Positions 47,273-62,568 of a stretch of DNA of 64,000 nucleotides are shown here, in pieces. This DNA comes from Octopus sinensis (lineage: Eukaryota), in the NCBI RefSeq assembly GCF_006345805.1, contig NW_021834582.1:1-64000 (forward strand), given 5' to 3'. Under the pieces are notes generated by a model that saw only the letters and a program-made list of their open reading frames with translations, did not search any database and was not told where the DNA came from. A program made the translations under genes and the position numbers. Positions within the stretch are counted from its first letter, which is position 1; the number at the start of each line of letters is the position of its first letter.

Positions 47273-48471
47273 ATGAATTCTAATAAAGAATTATCAAAGT
47301 TCAAAAAACTAACAAGAAAAATTAGAAATGATCGAATAAGTTGAATCGAATTAATAATAATTTTAAGATGAATATTTTAAACAGCAAACCCTGCCTTCAA
47401 AAAAATATTTGCTCACGTTGTTCCGTCTTGGGAATATTTTATTAATAAGTTCTATTTTTTGTTTTATTCTTGGATCAGTACTTCTTTACATTAATTTAAA
47501 TGTAAATACTATATTTTCATATAGAGCAGCTTGTAGAAATGATATTTGAATATACAGGTTGCAGAGATAATACCACAAAAATTAATTGTGGTCATTTTCG
47601 TCAAATAAACAGAACGGACAAATCATCATGTACATGTTATATATATTTTAATTTACAGCACAAAATGAATGTATGATTAAATTTGTTTTGTTCTAGAAAA
47701 ATGTATATATTTACTACATTTTGAGCAACTACAATCAAAACCATCGATTGTATGCAAGCTCTGTGAATTGGAAACAATTGAGTGGGTCGACCGGGAATAT
47801 TGGAAGTGAATGTGAACCATATCGGCTAAATCCGGCGGGATTAGAGTATGCCCCGTGTGGAATAATAGCAAACAGTTTATTTAACGGCATTTATACATTA
47901 TTTATCAACTTATAGATTCCATAACTCTCGAAAAAGAAAGCAATTTCACATATCACGAGGTCCCCTTGATAAAAACAGGGATTGCATGGAATTATGATAA
48001 AGAAAAATTCAAAAACCCAGCACGTTTGTTGAAATACTAATTATAGAATGGAATAATACAATTCATCCTCCCAATTGGCTTAAAAATGTGTGGGAACTTG
48101 ATTCTAATGATTCCTCTAATAATGGATACGAAAATGAAGATCTTATTGTGTGGATCAAAGTATCCGCCACTCAGAATTCTAAAAAATTTTATCGCCGTGT
48201 AAATCATAGCGTTAATACTTTCACAAATGGACTTCCTGTTGGAATGTATCGGTTCAGAATTGAATACAGTATTGTATTTGTACCAAATATTTTAGATTAT
48301 CCTGTACTTTTATTTCATGGTTCTAAAAAGTTGGTGTTAACAAACACAAGTTTTTTTGGTGCTCGGAGATTGTTTTTACCAATCATATTTTTAGTATTGG
48401 GAGTAATTACTCTTATATTGTCATTTATTATATATTCTTTGAATTATGGAATAAATAAAACATTTTCTTAA
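47273..48471 (+). CDS. TMEM30: CDC50/TMEM30 flippase beta subunit (multi-exon)
   Basis: FKQQTLP, NYNQNHRLY, APCGIIANSLFND, GIAW, NNGYENEDLIVW and a C-terminal TM helix. Confidence 0.9.
47887..47915 (+). other. 29-nt GC-AG micro-intron (CDC50)
   Basis: G|gcattt...tatag|AT restores the conserved ANSLFND. The segment contains no GT. Confidence 0.8.
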
Positions 48472-48619
48472 TCTCAAATAAAGTTGTTCAAATCATTCAA
48501 TTTTGACCAGTAGCTAAATTATGATAAAGGACTCTGACTCAGAAAAGCGGATTATCAAAGTCAAACGAATCTAATTAATGATTTATTGTTAAATTTGTGT
48601 ATGTTAGAATATTAATTTT

Positions 48620-51600
48620 TTATTTATATTCATTCAACCAAATGACCTTAGCCTTTATCGGCAAATACAATTTTCTGAATTCGTCGACTATTTCCAGTTT
48701 GAAATTTACACAATCCTCGTCGACAAACTCTTCCAATTTAATATAAATTTTTACTTCTTTACTCAGTCCAGGGAATATCTAAATATATTAAAATTATCAT
48801 ACAATTCCGCGAGGATAGGAGACATAAATTCCAGTATTCTTAGGAGGGGGAATAACTTTAAATCGCAAAATGTCAGTCCCACTATTAATAGCAAATACAG
48901 TCCTGCTGTATTCTATTCCATACGCGATGGTGCCAAAATCAATCAAATTCTTTGATATACGGAGACCTTGCATGTCCAAGAGATTTTCCGGAGTAAATGA
49001 ACCAATCGTAGAAATATTTTTAGTTCTAAGAACAATATCTTCTTTCTTTATAAATTAATATTCATATACGAAAATTACTTTTTTGTAATCGACAGTTTCA
49101 TCAGGCCTGCCGTAGTTAAAATAGTGTGGAAGTGGGATATTAGTATTTACACATTTTTGGTGATAATAATCAGATTTAGTTACATTAGTATTCTCCTTGT
49201 TAATAAATACTTTTTCTTTCATTTATTTAATAATAGTTTACCAGAACAAATCTTAATACTCTCCGGATCTTGGATAGTTTGACTCATATCAATTTGGTTT
49301 AAACTCTCTTGGTAATTAGATAAATTCTTCTTTGATTTAATTTTCACTTTTTCTTTAGTTGAATGATTTAATAATTGAATTCCATTTGAACTCTTAATTG
49401 TCAAAATACATAAATCACCTTTTGGAGCATTTCTAGTGAATATTCGTTCTCAAAAAATGTAGGAATAATTCTATTTTTAAGAATTTCTAAATTTCTTTTT
49501 TCCAATATTTTTTCTAGATCTGACATTATTTGAAATAACCAATCCCAATAGTGCACTCTTTCTCAACAATGTTAATTTGATTTTTATTTTGAGGACTGTC
49601 TTTGAAGTCATTATTCTCAATTTGAGAATCATCTTGTAGAGATTGTTTTGGCAATTTCTGAAGCGTCCTCATTAATTTGACCCTCTGAGCAATTTCAGTT
49701 TGTTCTTGGTCTTCGTCAATCTTCGATAAGCCAAATGAATCTCCTTCCTCGTAAGACTGTTGGAGATATATTCCAATCACTTCTTTAAACCTTTTAAAAG
49801 CAAATAAATAATTATTGATACTTTTTAAGTAATTTATCAGTCAGATCTTCATTTATGACCAACCTTTTTACTTGCACTGCCTGGGGAGACTTGTCAGTTT
49901 CAAATACTATGTCTTCATTAAAACTATTTTGAGGCCAATTCTTAAAGTCCCGATCACGTAGTCCAGGAGGAATTATTTTAGTGGGAGGCATAATTTCCCC
50001 AACAAACAGAGGTTTATGGACAGTCAAAAAATATGACCCTAAAATAAACAGAAATAAAGAGACCAGGGATATTTTCAATGTCATTTCTGTATATTTGAGA
50101 ATTAGCATCCATCTGAGAAATGAATTCTTCCACTTCAGAATAACGAATTACTTCATGTCCTGACCCATCTGATTTAACAACAAAATATCGTCTGAGAGGA
50201 GAAGGAAAATCGTCCTAAAATCACCAATTTTAACAAATAAACAGATTCAGGACTCATAAATCCTGCTAGTCTATCGACATGACATTCTCCTTCAGAATTT
50301 ATAGAAAATACGTTCTTATCAGAGTCCACAACCTTGGCCAAGTCACATTCGTGAGAACAAAAAAAGGTATAAATGCATTCTGACTGAACAAATGGTGTTT
50401 CTTTGACAAATGAATAAAATATTTCTCCGTCTGGACTAATTCGCAAACAATCTCTTCCATTTTGAAGACTGTATCCATCATTGAAAGTGTGAGTGAGCAA
50501 ACTTTTGTCAGGAAATCTTAATATGAATTCATTAAACTAACATGGACATCAGACTATTGGTTTGTTGGTTAAATAAGACTGTTGCGTAATCTGGGTGTTC
50601 AAACTTGACGAATTTCACCAAATCGCTATCACCCTCAAAGATTTCAGTATATGATGTAATCCTCGTCTTGTCTGGGAACTCAGAAATACACGTTCCGTCT
50701 GGAAAATTTATAATTACAGTCCCGTCTTCACGCGTTGTCATTTTCTGAATTATTATGTAATAATTAATGATAACTTGTCCACTTTCGGGGTCGGTCACTT
50801 CATGGATGGCCAATTTTGTAAATGAAGGAGGACTGTCGTTTGAGAATGAGACAATTTTGTCCCCATTAACACTCGTCGCTGTCCATTCTGTGATTGTTTC
50901 ATAAGTTATGTTCTCTGTCGGTTCGTTCTGGATATTCTTACGCTTTGAAGATGCTAATTTTATAAGAATCATTTAGTCACATTTCTGCAAGCTTAATTTT
51001 CTGCCCTCTGTCTCCTTGACTACTTTCGGAATCGCGATTTGTATTTCTTTTTTTAAATAAATATTTCCTTGTAGTTCATAAAACTAATAATTCACTTATA
51101 TTTAAATAGTCACCGTCATTTCTCCATTTTTATACTTTTTTGTTAAATTCCACTTTTATAAAATATTCTTTCGTATTCTCCATTTTGATTTGATAAATTA
51201 CTATTCAAATTGATTTTTGGAAAAATGGTTTGTCTCACAAAAATTGATTTTGATTGATCCTGTTCAACTTTAAAAGATAATCCAGTTTTTGTAGAAGCAC
51301 AGAGTTGTATAAAATTGGCTGATTCTTTGAAAGATTTTTCTGAATTATTTGAGTTTATTTTTTCCTTTATTTTAATTACTGAATAGAAAAACCTCAAAAT
51401 TCTCTATTTGTGCATCGTCTATACTCAGCATCTCGTTATTAGAATTGTCTATTTGTACTAAATAATGCTTATTTATGAATACAGGAATTATCACAAGGAA
51501 CAGATATTTGATCAGATTTGACTGCAATATTCAATCCGTTAGACAAAAGAGCAGTAAAAATCCGTTCATCTAATTGACTGGATGAACTTTTATAAGCTGA

Positions 51601-54499
51601 TTCATCTTTATTTATAATGAATATATTGTCGTTCACATTTACAGAGACGTTTATCATTCTATTTCCTTAGAAAAAGTAAATTAAATAGTTTTGAACCCAT
51701 CAAATGTTCCTCGACGACAATCTTGATATTCCCTCCGTCGACTGGATACCAGTTGGATGTTGAACGGGTCACACTAATAAGATGGTTTCCAAAATCATAT
51801 CCGTTGAACTATTAAAATAGAAATTAATCATATAGTGTTAAAATTTTATCGATTATACAAATACCATTAAAGATTTTATTTCTGACTCGTTGTTTTCTTT
51901 GACTAAATTTTCAAAGTTTTCGGGGACATTTAGATTTGCACAGCTGCTAAATTTTTGACTTTTTTTACGCTATATTTATAATCTATAGGAAGAACAACTT
52001 TTCCAGAATTTTGATTCTCATGAAGGTCATTATTTTTTAACGATAAAGATTTAAGTGAATCTTGACAAACATACGATTCTGTTATTAGTCGTTCAGTACT
52101 TCTACATACTGTCTATATTACATTATTGATATACTTTTGGACGATTCCCTTGACAGCTTTTCCATTTGCATTTTTTCTGCTAATTTGAGTTCTCTATGAC
52201 GAGCCTTGACTGTTTCCATCCACGGGGATATTTCTTCTGATACGTGCTCAACGTAATTTCTGTTTATTTTTAGCGATTAACTTGAGACCTTAATCCGACA
52301 CGAGTATGTAACCAAAAATCACAACAGTCGTAACTAAACATTTCTTGATTGAATGGAGCACTAAACACCACCAGTGTGCTTCCATCAGTTCTGCATTCGT
52401 GTTTATCAATTACAGGCATTTGCTGTACTAATTCACTGAATATCTAAAATATAATCTATGATTATAAACCTGCATTAAAGTATATCTGTCATATAACTCA
52501 CTACAGCAATGTGAACTGAGGTTTCGTTTTCTGTACTTCTCTACTAAATCAGTTTCTTCCTCTCCGCTCAAACTGGTCACAAACTTCACGACTGATCATT
52601 TTAATCAATATTATTGTAATACTTGAATTCTTTGAACTTTGTCTTGAGTTTTGATTCTTTAAGTTTGTAAAAATATCGTCCCAAAAAAATGTTCTTTTAA
52701 ATCCTTCACTGGATACCTTAACTAGGCGACCCGAAGGGTCCACTGATGATAAATTCATTGATTCAAACATTAGCTGTTTTAATAATCTGTCAGCTTCTGT
52801 AATATAAACTTTTTATTCAAAATCACCATAAGAACTGATGTTTTTGTCTTCAAACAATTCAAAAAGTCTTTGGGTTCGATTTAAGGTTTCCAATGAAATT
52901 TGTGTCGATTTTGGAAATAGCACTTGGCACTCGGGCAGTAGTGAAAGAATTGAGAATTCTGCTTCTCGAATTGCTTCAGTGTCCACTTTGTAAGTGGAAG
53001 GTACTTTAGCTTTGAATCATCTCCGTAGTTTATAATTTCCGGTGAATGGAGTGCTTTTTTCTCAAATTTAATTTCGGGTGAAATGTGCTGCCTTAAACTC
53101 TTAAAATTAGATTTTATCTTCTAACTTGAATTTCAGACTCATTTAAGCCTAATTTTTTTGTTAATGATTCAATTTTATTTGCAGTATCAATGTCAAATAA
53201 TCTTTTTTCGCGATTATTATTGTAGGCTTCTCTCGGTGATATGTCATTTTCCAAATCCAGAACTACCTAATTAAATGAATCTTTTCAATATACATGTTCA
53301 ACAATGCAGTGAATCATGTAAGGGATGCTCACAGAATCGACAGGGAGCGGCTCGAGTAGTTCGGAGTAAAATGGAAATGTATTTGAAACATTATCATCTT
53401 AATATGTTTATATAATTACCTGTGACCGTTATATATTTAATATTATTCAAATATTGTTTATGCTCCCATTCAAGGTCGATTATTCGATAAATCAACTCTG
53501 CGACTTGATCAAAAATATTATTAAATATTTCCTATTAATTTTATACAAATAGAATTAACTTTCAGGTCAATCTCATCTTTGTTCAAAAACAAACTTTCTT
53601 CGATCGTATAATCAAATCTTAATGTGTCCTTTATGATAGATTCAGATTCATTTTTGTCAAAATAGTCGTTTAAATCATGCCAAAAATTGTCCAGCATTTG
53701 GTTTTCCTGATCGATCATTTCTGGAGACGGTGGATTGAGGAATTTTGTGGCGCATGCAATCACTTGGTTAGCAGTTGTTTGCGACTCAGGAGTGATCTTT
53801 AAAACAAGATCTACAGAGATTCCTAATTCTGTCAATTTTTTTATCAGTTGGACATTTTCCATTCCTTGTATGAAAATGTAATGAATACGACCATCAACAG
53901 GTTCGTCATCTGGGAATTGTTAAAATAATTTACTAACCGACAGTTTTTATTTCACCCCCTTCTTCCCCTCGTTTTTTAAGAGTTGTCCCTGATTTTGGAG
54001 GCGTACTCTCGACGGTTTTTGTGCCACCTTTTTTCGCTGAACCTTTTCCTTTTGGTTTATCTTTCGGCTTTTGGACAGCCTAAAAATTATTTGAATTATT
54101 CTCGCCTTTTTATCTGATGTACTTTGTATTTCTTTTTGCGACAAGATTTGTGAAATACATTCTGATATAATCGAAGCTTGTGTTTCTATTAAAGCTTCAT
54201 TATCTGGAAGCTCTCCCGTTGTGTTAATTTCCTTTACGGTTTTCATTCCCTGTTGTGTCATTTTGATCTGAAATAAATTTTAATTTTTACATTTTTTAAT
54301 ATTTCTTCTTTAGTGATTGCTGTAAAAAGCTTTCTTCGTTTTTGGTTTACTGAAATGCATAGCTGTTTGACTATATCGTTGTTTTCGGCTTTATTTGGAG
54401 TAACAAATATTATCATCGGTTTGTTAATTTCCTGAAATGTAATTTTCGTAATACATTTAAAATTTCTGTTTTTATTAATGACTTTTTCCTTGTAACCAT
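48620..54499 (-). CDS. SPAG17: Sperm-associated antigen 17 / PF6 central-pair protein (many micro-introns)
   Basis: TLKKRGEE...DDEPVDG..HY, TDPESGQ|MTTREDG...FPDKTRIT, and a C-terminal PapD-like FGTI...RFKVIPPPKNTG. Confidence 0.8.
54080..54105 (-). other. 26-nt GC-AG micro-intron (SPAG17)
   Basis: AAG|gcgaga...tttag|GCT shifts the frame into the conserved TLKKRGEE..DDEP segment. Confidence 0.75.
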
Positions 54500-54666
54500 T
54501 ATTAGTGCTGTAAGCTAGCAACAGTGCCAATAAATATAAAAAAATTAAATATAAAGTTTTTTCCACTTTTTGAAATCTGGTATTAAATAGCTTTTAGACT
54601 TACTGCTTATATCAATAACAAAATATTGTTAAATAAATGTTTAGGGTGTCATATTTTCTTATATAT

Positions 54667-55509
54667 TTAAAAGTCGTCATTTAAATCCTCCCGACCAATG
54701 TCTACTTGTTTATTATCCTTGAGAACTGCGAAGAACAATATTGAATAAGATATTATGCAAGTTAAAACTGAAAGTATAATGCTCAAAGTCGTCTCCATAT
54801 AATCTATAATAACCAGAACAGTCATCAACTGCAATTTTCATCACTTCCATCAGGACAGTTGTTTATCCCATCACAGTGATTATGACTAAATATACAAGAA
54901 ATTTTATTTTTGCATTGGAAATCTTCAAATCCCCTACATTCTCCTTAATTTTAGTGTTTATGTAGAAAACCTGTTCGAAACGGCGTTATTATAAGCCGGA
55001 ATCCACGACTGAATTTAGAGCCGTGTTTGCTTGTAAATGTAATCTTGAGATTTCCGTTTTTAGTCATCAATCCATGCCTCATTATGGAATGTCCACAGAG
55101 TACTCGGAATTATTTATATAAGGAATTCTTTACCAGAACTGTTAATATCTCCGTCTGTTAGTTGTAGGAATTCATCACTGATTGTAGCCCCGCAAAAGTT
55201 AGAATCGGAATTGAGGTCGATAAATTCGATATTTATGATAAATCTAATATCGAGTGGCATTTCTGAAATAATCATGAGGACACATGAAATATTCTTAGAA
55301 TTTTTTGGAAAATATATACAGTGGGGGAATATCCAGAATTATATGAGTAAAGAACATCGAGGGAATCAGTGTAGGAAAGAGATATCGTTGAATCACAGGC
55401 TTTATTCATATAAACTGTAATTATCCAATAAATGATTAAAAATACCAATTTTATGATCCTTAATTGTAAATATCCACCTTATCAACAGGACTAAAGGGAT
55501 CAAAATCAT
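54667..55509 (-). CDS. Small CUB + LDLa + transmembrane protein (multi-exon, absent from the ORF track)
   Basis: Hydrophobic N-terminus. CUB-like EFLQLTDG..LCG..LKITFTS..RGFRLIITP. LDLa FQCKN..CI....CDGINNCPDGSDE. TM segment LSIILSVLTCIISYSILFFAVL. Confidence 0.75.
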
Positions 55510-55725
55510 TTTAAATTATCGGAACAACAATCAAATATATCGACAAAACAACATATGCGGCCGTTACCTTGATGTCAATAATTCAATTCTGACAACTCAA
55601 TGATAAATTATGGCAATTAACATCACGATTGAAAGAGACAGGATTACTCATCACACCTAATAAAGAATAATATATACGAAATAAGACGGGAAAATATCAG
55701 AAATTAAAGTATTAATTAAAATAGA

Positions 55726-56913
<1,188 letters not shown>

Positions 56914-59212
56914 TTAGGAACTTTTAATAGCACTTGATTGTCGGTAAATTATATTTATTGACAGAGATTTATTCATGTATTAAAAATAATTTAACTATAT
57001 AAATTAATTAGAAAATGATATTACTACCATATATTTTTTAGTATTTATATAACTTAATTCAGAAGAGAGAAGTTATAGATTAGTATCATGGTCTTTTCTG
57101 CGTAATTTATATTATATAAACATGTAATCCAATTTTCTTTACTCTTCAATTTGGATTTATCGATTTATATTAAATTCCAGATAATCGATTAGATTGTATG
57201 TTATCAGGCAACCATAAAAACCAATTGTTGCTGAATTACAGCCTAAAACTTGTCGATTAATTTCATTGATATTCTGTTAAGTACTTAGTTATTAAATATA
57301 AGATGCTCCGACAGGTCCTTTAGACACAAGAAGATTAACGATTTTGTCACTCGATTTAAAGTCAGTCCAGATAGAAAAAGACCAGATAGCATAATTGTTT
57401 CCCATGGTCAGTCATGAAAGAAGAGTTGCTGATCCCTCAAAGTCCATGAAATATGATTGTAAATGTAAGAATAGAACAAAAGCGCATTACAGCGATGTAA
57501 TAAAATGGCCAATATTTTGATAATTTTAAGACTGCAAAGAAAAGCATCTCGGGTTTGGCTACAGCGTAAATAGGCGACTTATTTCTAAGGAAGAGATTTG
57601 CTTTAATGTGGATCTAATATGTATCATAAAAATGTGCCATTTCATTGAGCATTTGAAACCTCAGTCGTAACAGATAATCCCATCACAGCTTTTATTATTG
57701 ACCTCTATTAATAGCTTAGTGGAAAATAAGTTCAAGGCTATTTAAAGGAGGTTCTCTCGGGTTTAAATCAGCATTACCTCGAAGAATGCTCAGATAATTT
57801 TTTTTAGAAAATCACGTGATTTTAATTTAAATTAATTGATCATATCTGTCCATCTGTGACTCGTTTACATAAATTTTTACGTTGTATAATTTGTTCGAGA
57901 TTTACAATCAAAAACGCTTAATATGAAATATGAATTGCCTAGACAATTTTAGTTTAGTTTCCAACAAATTTCCTACCCTCTCAGAGTCATGAAAAATTAA
58001 CATTTTATTTAACAAATGTTTAAGAAGATAATGAGATAATATTGTTAAAAGATTTCTATAAAAGAATGATTTTCAAAATTTTATAGCAAGAAAATCTTTT
58101 CAAATTTTATTCAAAACTTCAAATACATGTCAAAAAAACAGTTTTCTTAGTTAAATCTGTTTTATTGTTCTTTTTAATTTTAAGATAAATAAATTTTATT
58201 GCTAAAAAGAATTTTACCATGGTTTTAATAACAATCAAAATGATTTTGATTGAGGCCCTAATTCTACTAGTGAGAATTCAATTCAAACATATTTCACTGA
58301 TGAGTATTCAGACTGTTTCTTTGATATTGTTCTAAACGTTAGATTTCGATATTAGACGTAGTACTCACGCTAAAACCAAATAATGGGTTAAATTCTACAG
58401 TTATTAAACAGTACGAATAGAAATAAATTTATAGAAACCAATCAAATTTTATAATTCCCCACATGGTACTGTTAACTAGTCAATAATAAAATGTTATGTA
58501 TAAAAAATTATTACAATTTAAAATTACAAAGTCTTATGTTATCGAAATCGTATTTTCATTAAGTTATCCTAGTTTTTCAATTATAGAGTGGATAGCAATC
58601 AGTTGAAATCTTGATTATCCATTTTTTTGTTGAATAAATTGTTCTTTAATAAAAGTCTGGTAGACATAGATTATTAAATACAAATATTGGTATAAAATGA
58701 TTTTGGTTTATTTTAGCCTTCTAATTCTATCAAAGATGACCAGATCAAAAAGATTAACAATCTATTTTTGAAGTTTAAAGAAGTTAATATGTGAGATTAA
58801 TTGTTGAAATTTCATATTTTTAATATTATTAAATTTGACATTGCTAAAAACCTTCTCAGTTCTGATGGAACCCACCCTTATTGCCAATTCATTAACTCAA
58901 AAAACAACCAATGCTAAAATACTCAATAAATATCACAAATTTTGTATTCATTATGTTTTCTGACATGATACAGGGGAAGACCTCAAATTGATTTTTTTAC
59001 TCCATAAACATATTCTTTTAACAATCTCAATATAAGTAAAAGAATAATTCGTATCATATAATTTTTTCCGCCTATTTATTTTTCATTCAAAATCCAAAGT
59101 GTGTTCCTACAGCACTGAGGATCTTTTTAGCACTGTAACATTTAAATTAGTTTATTAATAAAGAAGTTCGATAGTTTTATTTTTTCAAATGTAAAAATAT
59201 TGTATTTATAAA

Positions 59213-60467
59213 TTAATTATCTGGATGAGTTGCCAACCAGTATGTCTCCAAATAGCTGCACATATGGTTTCCCGCCTCCTCCAATTCATTCTCAATTAGG
59301 ACTACGTCAAACATCTATAAATACATCTGTTACTCTAACCTCACTACTCCCATTTAATTTTTCTGCTGCAACTAACTGTGCTCCCAAATGTTTTTTTTCA
59401 GATTTTCCACGAGATTTTATAAGTTTTTGGAGAACTTTCTGCGAATCTATTTTTATTTGTATTTGAATGGGGGCTAGTGGAGTCCTCATAAGTTGTGATG
59501 GGTAATTGATGTGAGGACAATCCACCAGTACCAACTGAAGCAGTTTGGCTACTTCAAATATTCCCTCTACTTCTCTCTGCACTTCTGACATTCCTAAAAG
59601 TAACTTATTTCAAACATACTATCACCGCCCTTTGTTTGAGTTTTTGCCAATGACAGATCGACATTAATTCGTTTAGTGACTATTCTAAACTTTTATCGCA
59701 TACAGTCAAAACCTGCCTTCAAACCTTCTTTGCACGTGATCTATCAAAGCCTTTTGCATTAATTCTGTCACAGCATAGCAACGAAGAGAAGGCCCGAGTA
59801 TGAATATTGGTCTCATCGCAGGGACTATTTCATATGGAGGAGTATTTTCGGACTACTCTTACTGGATTTATTTTACTTTTTTGAAAAAATATTTCCATAT
59901 ATTTCGAGAATTGATTAGTTTATTGTATTCTTGATTTCCGTGGTCTTCATCTACTATTTTATTTGTATCCTTCATTCTAAAAATTAGCCTTTGTTCATAC
60001 TTTGTAAATTTAGTTTTTAATGTCATATTTTGTTGTAGTCTTATCTTTTCTATCCTTTGGGGACTGGGAACAAATCCCACCTTTGCCCCTTCTTTGACTA
60101 ACCGACCTGCCCACCATTCATCGTTGATTTTCTGGTTTAAATTAACTTAGTTTTCACCTCTTTTATGTGAATAAACTCAAGTGAACGAAAAGAGACCGCT
60201 TTATCTCTCACTGGAACTCCTTCGTCCAAACTTGAGTCGTAGCTGACTTTTGTTATAACAGCAAATGCCACAGGTTTTGTCTTTTCGATAAAAATTGATA
60301 GTAACCTGACATTCTCTGAGTATTTGGAGATAAGATTTTTTGTTTGTTTTATTTTTGAGAGTATTTTGGAAAATTTGGGATATTTCTAGCGCACGATTTT
60401 TCTTTCTCAAAGTTGAATCACTCGGCTGAAGTTTGCTGATATCATTTATGGACTCTTCATTGTTCAT
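59213..60467 (-). CDS. CACNB: Voltage-gated calcium channel beta subunit (SH3-GK), multi-exon
   Basis: [50 protein letters not shown] and [11 protein letters not shown]. Confidence 0.92.
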
Positions 60468-61497
60468 TATAATTTGTATTCTTACTTTAATATTTATAAA
60501 TATACTTGCGAATGTTAAGATTCGTGACGATAATATTAATTACTATTGATTTCTATATTCCATGATCAATACCAATATGTCACTACTTTATATACTTCAA
60601 ATTAAAAAAAAATAACCGACGTTAAAATCTGGTTTTGTACAATATCGTAGTAAAAGTTCTAGTTCTAAAAGTTCTATTTAGAACTAATTATTTTTACTTT
60701 CAATTCTACTACATGTTTGATTCTCGTTAAAAAATGTTCAGTAAACAGCTCAATTTTTATTTTATTATTATGTCACAGGCGCTGGGCGTTACCGAGCGCT
60801 ACGGGATACCCGAATCGACTTAGAAAATAATCAAGAAAAAATACTTGAAATTTTATTTTCAAATAATAATAAAATCAAATTAACAACGTCAGGAAGTGAG
60901 CGGCCAAAAGATTAAATGTAAATTTAAATGACGTGACTTCAAAATCAAATGTTAATGAAAACCTGCTTGCTCATTTTGCCCAAAAGCAATGTCGGCACAG
61001 TTTTCATCATTTAGTGTTTCTTCACAATCTAAAAAATTTTTATTTATCTCATTTAAACTACCAATATCTCTATTAATCTCAATGCTGTTGAATCCATTGA
61101 TCCCACGATATTTGTAAAATGGAGTATTGCCTTAAAATATTTTTTAAATGTTACCTGTTGAGGAATGGGTAGACAGATTATAAAAATACACTTCTTCCTT
61201 TATGTTCTTTGTCCAACACTTATCTTCGGACATCATCTTAGATAATGATCTTGTGATTGTCTGATTGAAGTGTTCAATAATTCCCTGGCTCCTTAGATTG
61301 TTAGGTCTACTATGAATTTGCTGAACATTGAAGCGATCACATGATGCTCTAACATAGGAATTTTTAAATTCCGTTCCATTGTCAGAATGCAAGAATCGGC
61401 ATGGTCCAAAATCAAAAAAAAATTTCTTTAAGATTTTCTGCAACTTCACTTCCACTCTTAGTTTTCAAATTTTTTGTGAATCCATATTTTGGATATA

Positions 61498-62033
61498 CAG
61501 TGCGACCTCGAATTGGGGAAACTTTTCCCCAATTTTAAGGTTTTTCCAAAAAAAGGTTTTTCATTAAATTTAGGTCTCTCCTGTTTGATATCCTACCTTA
61601 ATAATATAACCGAGACGAATAACTACAATTTTTATTTTTTAATAAAAAAATCAGTTAATTTAATCGAGTTTTTTGTTTTTTTCGCATTGAACTCATAATA
61701 TTTGCTTTGAATCTGAATACATCAAGTACATTTTCCGAAGTCTCTTGCTTAATAACATTTAGCAACATTGTGAATGCGCATTCCGCATTGTTTATAACTT
61801 TACAAATTATTGATTACAAATTTGGAAAAACAGGTTACAATAAATAATAATAAATCAAAAGTTATACAAATATATTAATGAATCGTTTATGATAATATAA
61901 AATTTTTCTCTAGTAGGGGGTTTATTTCATCGTATTTTATAGGGATGGCGAAAATATTTCCACAAAAGCAAGGTTTTCCCCAAAAAAGAGGGTTCCCCCG
62001 CTACTTGGTTTTTTCCAATCCGGGGTCGCACTG
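61498..62033. mobile_element. pogo-family MITE (536 bp)
   Basis: TIR CAGTGCGACC(T/C)CG(A/G)ATTGG with TA TSD. The TIR resembles that of the 1107-2786 element. Confidence 0.88.
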
Positions 62034-62217
62034 TAGATCAATGAACGTGAGAAGCCATTTAATAGATTGGTTTTTTTTACTAAACCTTGAATTTATTTAA
62101 TACTAAAGTCTTACCTTTTGAGATCAATCAGATCTATCTGAAATCTCTCATTTGGTTGCAACGCTATTATGTGATTTTCAGGATCAACTATTTTTAATGG
62201 TGTCGCAAATCGACATA

Positions 62218-62568
62218 CAGTAAACATCGGTTAATTGCATAACATTTGTCCACGAAAAATCTTATGCAATTAACCGATATATGCAATTAATCGATGTTTT
62301 AATAAAAATCAATAATTTTTTTAATAGTCAAGAAAAGAAAATAATCAAAAACGTTTAAAAAAATCATTAATTTTGGACTGTCTAGTCTTCGGCAAAGGCG
62401 TAGGACGCTTTTTTCTAGTTCATAGAAGTTGTCCATATGCAATTAACCGATATGCAATTAGCCGATATTTTTTCAATGGAAACCATATAAGTTATGGTTT
62501 TAAACATGAATTTATGCCATTAACCGATTTATGCAATTAACCGATATGCAATTAACCGATGTTTACTG
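62218..62568. mobile_element. pogo-family MITE (351 bp)
   Basis: Perfect 24-bp TIR CAGTAAACATCGGTTAATTGCATA with TA TSD. Internal ATGCAATTAACCGAT repeats. Confidence 0.92.
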
